A DNA stretch of 64,000 nucleotides from Longimicrobiales bacterium (GTDB taxonomy: Bacteria > Gemmatimonadota > Gemmatimonadetes > Longimicrobiales > Gaopeijiaceae). Below, in pieces: positions 56,917-64,000 of this stretch. Each line of letters begins with the position of its first letter. The stretch's first letter is position 1. The notes under the pieces were generated by a model. That model was not told where the DNA came from, did not search any database, and saw nothing but the letters and a program-made list of their open reading frames with translations. The stretch is taken from NCBI GenBank assembly GCA_965238005.1, contig OZ250165.1, forward strand, positions 4,352,001 through 4,416,000, read 5' to 3'. The position numbers and the translations under genes were made by a program.

Positions 56917-58311
56917 TTAGCCGACTACCGACGGCTCAGGCTGCGCCTCGACCACTTGGTCGGTCTGAACCCTCCGCTGCTGCGCCCGCCCCAGGGCGAC
57001 ACAGAGCATGGCCCACATACCCGCCATCGGCACCGTGGCCGCCGCAACCCACGCTAGCGTCATTCCCATCGCCGCGAACAGCCCGTCCACGCCCACCCCG
57101 GCCACGTCCCCGCCGCGATAGAGGAATACGTCCACCACCGGCTTCGCCTTGTACTTCTCCGAGGGCGAGACCACGCTGAACAGGGTCTCCCGGGCGGGCC
57201 TGGACACCGCGTAGCGAGTCGCGCGGTGAACAGCCTGGAAGATGGCCATCACCCCGTAGAGGGTCCAAATGGAGAGGATGGCGAAGCCGGCCATGGTCAC
57301 GAGTGGGAGGATGGCGAGCGTCCAGCCGACTCCGATGCGCTTGATCACCTGCGTCGTCACGAAGATCTGGGTGAGCAGCGTAGCGACCTGAGCCAGCATG
57401 TCGAACCGCGCGAAGCCGGACACCCTCTGGCTGAAGGTGTCCGTGTTTTCGAGGATTACGTTCGCCTGGGTGAAGTAGATCAACGTGTTCGAGATCGCCA
57501 TCAGCACGATGTACGCGCCGATCCCCAGCAGGTACGGCGAAGTCGCGACGGCTTTCGCCCCCTCCCAGAACGTCCCCCCGATCTCCTCACGAGACGGAGC
57601 CTGACCCTCGGTCAGCGACGCCGCTGAGCCCTCTACCGTGAGTCGAGAGTGCTCGGAGGCGAGGGCGAGGCGGTCCAGCACGAGCATCACGACGATGGCG
57701 GCCCCGAAGAGAGCCGCGCCGGTCAGCATGAGGCCCGCGGGTAGATAGACCGACTCGGTCATGCGACTGATGGCATTCGTCACCGAGCCGCCGACGAGGG
57801 CTCCGAGGGTACCGCCGATGCCGACGAAGGCGAACAGCCTCTTGCCCTGGTCGATGTCGAAGATGTCGACCATGAAGGCCCAGAAGACGCTGGTCACGAA
57901 CAGGTTGATTGCGCTGAGCCAGACGAAGAAGACGTAGCCGACCACCCGAGCCACGGAGGTCTCGGCATCGGTCCCGATGAGCCCACCCCCGGCGGCGGCA
58001 TCCGCGATGAGCATCCCCGAGAACACGAACAGGCACAGGATCACGAAGAGGTAGGCCACCGGGATGAAGCGCCGGCGGTTCATGCTCGCCACGACCCCCC
58101 CGAACGCGAGCACCAGCACCAGGGACACCCCGGACGTTCCCACGAAGAGCCAACGGAGCTCGGCCATGCCCCGCGACACCCCCATGGCGTCTCGCACGGG
58201 GCGGAGAAAGTAGTAACCGCACAGCACGCAGAAGAAGAAGACCACCGACAGGAGGGCGAGCGGCAGCTCCTCCTTCCTGATGTTCAGAATGCGCGCAAAG
58301 GAATCGGCCAC
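56917..58311 (-). CDS. MFS transporter, NTP/NDP translocase (TLC/Npt)-like
   Basis: YYFLRPVRD, SVFW, KRLF, RPARETLF, EKYKAK..D..YRGGD. Confidence 0.85.
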   Translation of the reverse strand: MADSFARILNIRKEELPLALLSVVFFFCVLCGYYFLRPVRDAMGVSRGMAELRWLFVGTSGVSLVLVLAFGGVVASMNRRRFIPVAYLFVILCLFVFSGMLIADAAAGGGLIGTDAETSVARVVGYVFFVWLSAINLFVTSVFWAFMVDIFDIDQGKRLFAFVGIGGTLGALVGGSVTNAISRMTESVYLPAGLMLTGAALFGAAIVVMLVLDRLALASEHSRLTVEGSAASLTEGQAPSREEIGGTFWEGAKAVATSPYLLGIGAYIVLMAISNTLIYFTQANVILENTDTFSQRVSGFARFDMLAQVATLLTQIFVTTQVIKRIGVGWTLAILPLVTMAGFAILSIWTLYGVMAIFQAVHRATRYAVSRPARETLFSVVSPSEKYKAKPVVDVFLYRGGDVAGVGVDGLFAAMGMTLAWVAAATVPMAGMWAMLCVALGRAQQRRVQTDQVVEAQPEPSVVG

Positions 58312-58405
58312 GATTCTGTAACCCCGGAGTTCGTGAAAGGAACTCTTCAGGCGGCCGGAGCACGCCGAAGGCCCGAAAACCTAGGGATCCCCAGCCAGCG
58401 GCGCA

Positions 58406-59704
58406 TCAGAGCAGGATCGCGGCCGGCTCCTCCAACATCCCTTTGAGGGTGGCCAGAAAGCGCGCGCCGGTGGCGCCGTCGATCACCCGATGGTCGCAGC
58501 TCATTGTGATGCGCATGCGACTGCGGACCACCACCTCGCCGTCCTCCACCACCGGGATCTCCTCTACGCCCCCGATGGCCAGGATGCCGGCCTCGGGCGG
58601 ATTGATGACCGCCGTGAACTCGTGAATGCCGAACATGCCGAGATTGGAGATGGTAAACGTGGCCCCCATGTACTCCTCGGGCTGGAGCTTCCGCTCCCGG
58701 GCGCGGCCCACCATCTCCCTGACCTCCGCGGCGATCTGGGCCACACCCTTGGCGTCGGCGTCTCTCACGATGGGGGTGATGAGCCCGTCCTCCACCGTCA
58801 CCGCAACCCCGATGTGCACCCGGTTGAAGAGTCGGATGGAATCGCCGAGCCAGTGGGCGTTGCACGCGGGATGACGGCGCAGAGCCGCGGCAGTGGCCCG
58901 TATGATGAGGTCGTTCAGCGAGACCTTCTGCCCCTCGGGCTCCAACATGGCGTTGATGCTGCGGCGCGCCTCGACGGCCCGACCCATGTCCACGTCGATG
59001 GTGAGGAAGAAGTGTGGGATCGGACCGATGGACTCGCTGAGGCGTCGGGCGATCGTCTTCCTCATCTGGCTGAGGGAGACGTCCTCGTAGTCGGCGTCCG
59101 ACATGGGTCGCGACGGCACGGGTGCCGGGGCCGGCGCGGTGGCTACGCCCTCTGCAAGTGCGGCCTCGATGTCGCGTTTGACGATGCGGCCGGCGGGGCC
59201 AGATCCGGATACAGCCGCCAGGTCGAGACCCGAGTCGGCGGCCAGGCGCCTGGCGAGCGGAGACGCCTTGATCCGCCCTCCGTCGCCGGTCGCCGGGGCC
59301 GGAGCAACCTCGGTGGTGACGGCTTCGGCCGGGGCAGCCACCTCGGCCGTCGCTTCGGCAGGAGCGGGCCCGGCAGGGGCCGCCGCGGTACCTGCCGCCT
59401 CGCTCGTATCGGCTGTGGTCTCCGAGCTCGCCGCCACGCCCGCACCGAACTCGGAGATGTCTTCGTCGGCACCGGCGATCACCGCGATCACGTCCCCGAC
59501 AGGGGCCGTGCCGCCCTCCGCCACGAAGATGGCCCGCACAACTCCGTCCCCACGAGCCGACAGCTCCATGGTGGCCTTGTCCGTCTCGATCTCGGCGAGG
59601 ATGTCGCCGCTGGTGACTTCGTCCCCCTCGGACTTGAGCCACTTCACGACCTGTCCCTCCTCCATCGTGGGGGAGAGGGCTTCCATGTGAACCTTGGTCG
59701 CCAT
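58406..59704 (-). CDS. pdhC: Pyruvate dehydrogenase E2 acetyltransferase
   Basis: ETDKA lipoyl domain, ASPLARR, DHRVIDGA. Confidence 0.95.
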   Translation of the reverse strand: MATKVHMEALSPTMEEGQVVKWLKSEGDEVTSGDILAEIETDKATMELSARGDGVVRAIFVAEGGTAPVGDVIAVIAGADEDISEFGAGVAASSETTADTSEAAGTAAAPAGPAPAEATAEVAAPAEAVTTEVAPAPATGDGGRIKASPLARRLAADSGLDLAAVSGSGPAGRIVKRDIEAALAEGVATAPAPAPVPSRPMSDADYEDVSLSQMRKTIARRLSESIGPIPHFFLTIDVDMGRAVEARRSINAMLEPEGQKVSLNDLIIRATAAALRRHPACNAHWLGDSIRLFNRVHIGVAVTVEDGLITPIVRDADAKGVAQIAAEVREMVGRARERKLQPEEYMGATFTISNLGMFGIHEFTAVINPPEAGILAIGGVEEIPVVEDGEVVVRSRMRITMSCDHRVIDGATGARFLATLKGMLEEPAAILL

Positions 59705-59719
59705 GATCAGATGGGTCGC

Positions 59720-60700
59720 TTACACATAGAGCACCTTCTTGCACGCCTCGACGACGCGTCCGGCGCTGGGCTTGCTCCAGGCCTCCAGCTTCTTGTTGTA
59801 CGGCATGGGGATGTCGGCCTGGGTAACGCGCAGGACCGGCGCGTCGAGATCGTCGAAGGCCTCCTCCATGAGGATGGAGACGATCTGGGCGCCGATCCCT
59901 ACGTAGGGAAAGCCATCTTCAACGTAGACGGCCCGGTTCGTCCTTGCCACGGTCTCCAGAATGGCATCCACGTCGAGAGGACGGAGGGACCGAAGGTCCA
60001 GCACGTCGGCCTCGATCCCCTCCTTGGCCAGCTCGCCCGCCGCCTGCAGCGCTACGTGTACCATCCTGCCGTGGGTGATGATGGACACGTCGTCGCCCTG
60101 GCGCTTCCGGTCCGCCAGTCCCAGGGGAACGATGAAGTCTTCGTCGTCGGGAACCTCTCCCTTCACGTTGTAGAGGAGCTCACCCTCCATGACGGCCACG
60201 GGGTCGTTGTCGCGGATGGCGGCCTTGAGCAGTCCCTTCGCGTCCGCAGGCGTGGCAGGCGTGACGACCTTCACCCCGGGGGCATGCACGTACCAGGTCT
60301 CGCAGGCCTGGGAATGCTGCGCGCCGAGCTGGAGGGCGGCTCCCGTCGGACCTCGAAACACCATGGGAATCCCGATCTGCCCGCCACTCATGTGGAGCAT
60401 CTTGGAGGCGCTGTTGATGACCTGATCCAGGGCCAGGATGGAGAAGTTGAAGGTCATGAACTCGACGATGGGCCGGAGGCCCAGCATGGCCGCGCCCACT
60501 CCGAGCCCCGTGAAACCGAGCTCGCTGATGGGGGTGTCCACGACCCGCTTATCTCCGAAGCGCTCGAGCAGGCCCCGGGAGACCTTGTAGGCACCGTCGT
60601 ACTCGGCCACCTCCTCACCCAGGAGGAAAACGGAGTCGTCTCGCTCCATCTCCTCGGCGAGGGCGTCGTTAAGCGCGTCTCTATACGTCAGTTCTGCCAT
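59720..60700 (-). CDS. pdhB: Pyruvate dehydrogenase E1 beta
   Basis: GEEVAEYDGAYK, DTPISE, EFMTFNF, AQHSQ. Confidence 0.95.
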   Translation of the reverse strand: MAELTYRDALNDALAEEMERDDSVFLLGEEVAEYDGAYKVSRGLLERFGDKRVVDTPISELGFTGLGVGAAMLGLRPIVEFMTFNFSILALDQVINSASKMLHMSGGQIGIPMVFRGPTGAALQLGAQHSQACETWYVHAPGVKVVTPATPADAKGLLKAAIRDNDPVAVMEGELLYNVKGEVPDDEDFIVPLGLADRKRQGDDVSIITHGRMVHVALQAAGELAKEGIEADVLDLRSLRPLDVDAILETVARTNRAVYVEDGFPYVGIGAQIVSILMEEAFDDLDAPVLRVTQADIPMPYNKKLEAWSKPSAGRVVEACKKVLYV

Positions 60701-60711
60701 CGGTCCCTCGG

Positions 60712-61776
60712 CTACTGCCCTCGGCCGTCGAAGAAGAGACGGCCGTGCGGGTTGATCTCTGAGTAGACGTGATCGTGGAGGCTCGTCGGGTCGGGTTCTG
60801 GTGCCGCTTCGGCGAACTCCTGGGCGGCGTCGACGATCTCCCGGACCTCGGCGTCCATGGCCTCGAGCTCCTCCTGGCTGAGAAGGTCCGCAGCCAAGAG
60901 CCGATCCCGCAGGATCTTGATGGGGTCGGCGTTCTCGGTCCGGTCGTCCACCTCTTCCCTGGACCGGTACGTGCCGGACACCGGATCCGACATGGAGTGG
61001 CCCTTGAAGCGGTAGCACTGCACATCCACGAACTGGGGCCCACTTCCGCCGCGCACCTGCTGGACGATCTCTTCGAAGGCCTTGTAGGTGGTGATGACGT
61101 CCTGCCCGTCCACCACCGTGGCCGGAACGCCGTGGGCCGCGGACTTCGAAGCCATCTCGGTCTTCGAAACCCTGGAGAACTTGGTCCCCATGCCGTAGGA
61201 GTTGTTCTCCACCACGTAGATGACGGGCAGGTTCCAGATGGCCGCCATGTTCATGGATTCGTGGAACGCGCCCTGGTTCACGGCCGCGTCCCCCATGAAG
61301 CACATGCAGACTTGATCGCCGCCCCGGTAGTGGATGGCGAACGCAATCCCCAGTGCCAAGCCGGTCTGCGCGCCGACGATGGCGTGACCGCCCATGAACC
61401 CCACGTCGGCGCCGAACATGTGCATGGAGCCGCCCATCCCGCCGGAAGCGCCGGCGGCCTTCCCGTAGAGCTCTGCCATGACGGCGTCGGGTGACACGCC
61501 CTTGGCGAGCGCCTGCGTGTGGTCCCGGTATGCGGTGATTACGTAGTCGTCATCCCGAAGCGGAAGAATGCAACCGGCCGCCACCGCCTCCTGCCCGATG
61601 TGCAGGTGACAGAAGCCGCCGATCTTCCCGATCGCGTAGCCCTCATCGGCCTTCTCCTCGAAGCGCCGATAGAGCAGCATCTCGTGGAGAATCTGGTGGA
61701 GCCTGTCCTTGGAGAGGCCTTCCAGCTCCGGACCTCCGTTGGTCGCCTTCCTCCGCGACGTTTTGGCCTCGGTCAT
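60712..61776 (-). CDS. pdhA: Pyruvate dehydrogenase E1 alpha
   Basis: GGFCHLHIGQEA, YRDH, GDAAVNQG..ENN, GHSMSDP. Confidence 0.95.
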   Translation of the reverse strand: MTEAKTSRRKATNGGPELEGLSKDRLHQILHEMLLYRRFEEKADEGYAIGKIGGFCHLHIGQEAVAAGCILPLRDDDYVITAYRDHTQALAKGVSPDAVMAELYGKAAGASGGMGGSMHMFGADVGFMGGHAIVGAQTGLALGIAFAIHYRGGDQVCMCFMGDAAVNQGAFHESMNMAAIWNLPVIYVVENNSYGMGTKFSRVSKTEMASKSAAHGVPATVVDGQDVITTYKAFEEIVQQVRGGSGPQFVDVQCYRFKGHSMSDPVSGTYRSREEVDDRTENADPIKILRDRLLAADLLSQEELEAMDAEVREIVDAAQEFAEAAPEPDPTSLHDHVYSEINPHGRLFFDGRGQ

Positions 61777-62906
61777 CCGTTCGTCGCCTCCAGAAAACCG
61801 TACGTCCCCGTCGCACGCCGACCGGGGCGTCCCAGCTCCAGCTGGACGAGGTTGAGCCCCGGCAGCACCTCTCCGGGTGCGGGGAGGTCCGCCTCGAGAA
61901 CCTCCTGGATACGGCCGGCCGCACCGGCCTCGACCCCTCGCGCCTGCTCCTTCGCGTGATAGCTCGAACGAACCAGAGGGCCCGCCTCCACGTGCTTGAA
62001 TCCGTATGTCGCTTCCCCGATTCGCTTCCAATCGGCGAACTCGGCCGGCGTGACCCAGCGGGCCACCGGAATGTGCTGGAGCGACGGCCGCAGGTACTGA
62101 CCCAGCGTGAGGATGTCCACGGCCGCCTCGCGCAGGTCCTTCATCGCCTGGCTAATCTCCGGCGCCTCTTCCCCCATGCCGAGGATGATACCGGTCTTGG
62201 TCAGCATGGAGGCGTCGATTCGCTTGGCCGCCCCCAGAAAGGAGATCGAGCGCCAGTAGCGACCACCGGGGCGGACCTCGGGATGGATCCGCTCCACCGT
62301 CTCCAGGTTGTGTCCCAGGATCGCCGGTCCGGCCTCCTGGACGACCCGCAGGGCTTCCTCGTCGCCCTTGAAGTCGGGGATGAGCACCTCTACCGAGCAC
62401 CCCGGCACCGCAGCCTTGATCTGCCGGGTGGTCTCGGCGTAGATGCCGGCTCCTCCATCGGGCAGCTCGTCGCGGTTCACGCTGGTGATCACCACGTGCT
62501 CGAGCGACATGGCCCGAACCGACTCCGCCACGCGCCGCGGCTCGTCCAGGTCTAGCTCGGTAGGCAAGCCATGGGCCACCGCGCAGTACTTACACGCCCG
62601 GGTGCAGACGTCGCCCAGGATCATGAAGGTAGCGGTCCCCGCCTCCCAGCACTCCCCGATGTTCGGGCAGCCGGCCTCCTCGCAGACCGTGTGGAGGGAC
62701 TGGGTCCGCATGAGGCTCTTGAGCCGAAGGTATTCGGCGCCGCCGGGCGACCGAACCTTCAGCCACGCCGGCTTTCGCTCACGGATGGGGATCGTATTCA
62801 GCCCCTCGTGAGCCCGAATTCTCGAGTGGCCCTTGGGCTTTACGACCCCTGTGTCCTTGCCGCTTGGAGCATAGCCCCCAGGCGCTTCCGTGAGAGTTCT
62901 CGACAC
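61773..62906 (-). CDS. lipA: Lipoyl synthase
   Basis: CEEAGCPNIGEC, CTRACKYC, GQYLRP, RSSYHA. Confidence 0.96.
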   Translation of the reverse strand: MSRTLTEAPGGYAPSGKDTGVVKPKGHSRIRAHEGLNTIPIRERKPAWLKVRSPGGAEYLRLKSLMRTQSLHTVCEEAGCPNIGECWEAGTATFMILGDVCTRACKYCAVAHGLPTELDLDEPRRVAESVRAMSLEHVVITSVNRDELPDGGAGIYAETTRQIKAAVPGCSVEVLIPDFKGDEEALRVVQEAGPAILGHNLETVERIHPEVRPGGRYWRSISFLGAAKRIDASMLTKTGIILGMGEEAPEISQAMKDLREAAVDILTLGQYLRPSLQHIPVARWVTPAEFADWKRIGEATYGFKHVEAGPLVRSSYHAKEQARGVEAGAAGRIQEVLEADLPAPGEVLPGLNLVQLELGRPGRRATGTYGFLEATNG

Positions 62907-63104
62907 CTGCGACCTGTTTCTTGGGATGAAATCTGGAATCTGAGGCGCGGCCTTGGTGACCAGAGCCGGCCGAGCCTTTAAAGAAAGCGCCTCCCCGGAA
63001 ACCTCACAACCCTATTCCGAGGCTCCGCAGGGGGTAGGCAAGCCCGAAGCCCACGTAGTTCCTGATGGCATACCCCAGAAGGCCCACCGCGATACCCGGC
63101 GGGA

Positions 63105-63962
63105 TCAAGCACCCTCCCCGGCCGGCGAGCTCTCTCCAGCTTCCGATGCAGACTCGGGGGCGTCCCCCACACGTGTCACGTCGTCGTTATGGCCCCGGGG
63201 ATGCCCGACAGACGGCTTGGGCTGGCAGTCGACCACGTGGGCCACAGCGTCTGCGGGCGAATCGGTCACGAAGAGCAGATCGAGGTCATCCGGCGCGATC
63301 TTCTTCTCCCCCACCAGCCGCTCGCGCATCCAGGACAGAAGGCCCGACCAGTAGTCCGTCCCGAAGAGGACCACCGGAAAGTTCCTCACCTTTCCGGTCT
63401 GGATGAGAGTCAGGGCCTCGAAGAGCTCATCCAGAGTCCCGAATCCGCCCGGGAAGATCACGAAGGCCTGGCCATACTTCACGAACATGATCTTGCGGAC
63501 GAAGAAGTATCGGAAGTCGAGGCCCACGTCGACGAAGTCGTTGAGACCCTGCTCGAAGGGGAGCTCGATGTTGCACCCCACCGAAGACACCCCTGCGGCA
63601 CGAGCCCCCCGGTTGGCCGCCTCCATGATCCCCGGACCGCCTCCGGTGATGATCCCGAAGCCCGCCTCTCCCATGAGCCGTGCCGTATCGACGCACTGCC
63701 GGTATACGGGATCGGCCTCGGTCAGACGGGCGGATCCGAAGAACGAGACACACGGGCCCAGGCTGCTCAGCTCCTCGAATCCTTCGACGAACTCACCCAT
63801 GATCCTGAAGACGCGCCACGACTCCCGCCCACTGCGGAGAAGTCCCCGCTCCTCCAGCTCGTCCACCGTGGACTGAAGGAATCGCTCGTCCTCAGTCTCC
63901 TTGGAGTAGGGCGGAGGTGGAACGACCGTCTGATCGCTGGTGTCGTTGCTATTCTCGCTCAC
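63105..63962 (-). CDS. LOG family (TIGR00730) protein
   Basis: FGSAR, TGGGPGIMEA, YFFVRK, PGGFGTLDE. Confidence 0.92.
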   Translation of the reverse strand: MSENSNDTSDQTVVPPPPYSKETEDERFLQSTVDELEERGLLRSGRESWRVFRIMGEFVEGFEELSSLGPCVSFFGSARLTEADPVYRQCVDTARLMGEAGFGIITGGGPGIMEAANRGARAAGVSSVGCNIELPFEQGLNDFVDVGLDFRYFFVRKIMFVKYGQAFVIFPGGFGTLDELFEALTLIQTGKVRNFPVVLFGTDYWSGLLSWMRERLVGEKKIAPDDLDLLFVTDSPADAVAHVVDCQPKPSVGHPRGHNDDVTRVGDAPESASEAGESSPAGEGA

Positions 63963-64000
63963 GATGCCTTCACCTCAGTCGTTCCCGAGCAGTGCCTGGG

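Noticed and set aside
26..63876. Many long antisense or alternate-frame ORFs (e.g. 26-457, 2017-3465, 15409-16647, 58490-60766)
   Set aside because: GC-rich shadow ORFs, Arg/Pro/Gly-rich with no motifs, overlapping well-supported genes.
1..64000. tRNA (including selC) or rRNA genes
   Set aside because: None recognised by eye; tRNAscan-SE/Infernal would be needed to exclude them.

Overview
GC-rich bacterial DNA, most likely Gemmatimonadota (inferred from gene content and the MTDLITRLNAALEGRY kinase-type N-terminus). The right third (~40-64 kb) is intact housekeeping and metabolic DNA: OSBS/NSAR-GNAT-M20 peptidase, glcDEF, M42 peptidase, fxsA, ispH, lpdA, lemA-DUF2207, lipA-pdhABC and a LOG-family gene. 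The left two-thirds is an accessory region. It holds many secreted hydrolases and oxidoreductases, two toxin-antitoxin-like modules with broken toxins, an AAA/DUF4143 ATPase, recQ, rtcB and many gene fragments or internally deleted pseudogenes. The most notable item is missing from the ORF track: an 87-aa glutaredoxin-like gene (1916-1653, minus strand) with an in-frame TGA at the first redox position (UPYC) followed by a bacterial SECIS-like hairpin, so a probable selenoprotein. Other hidden structure includes a 4x23-bp repeat array upstream of the DUF4143 ATPase, a 210-bp TA-flanked MITE, and a GTTG-N6-CAWC operator motif shared by two MarR paralogs. Family assignments come from motif recognition by eye; no database searches were run.
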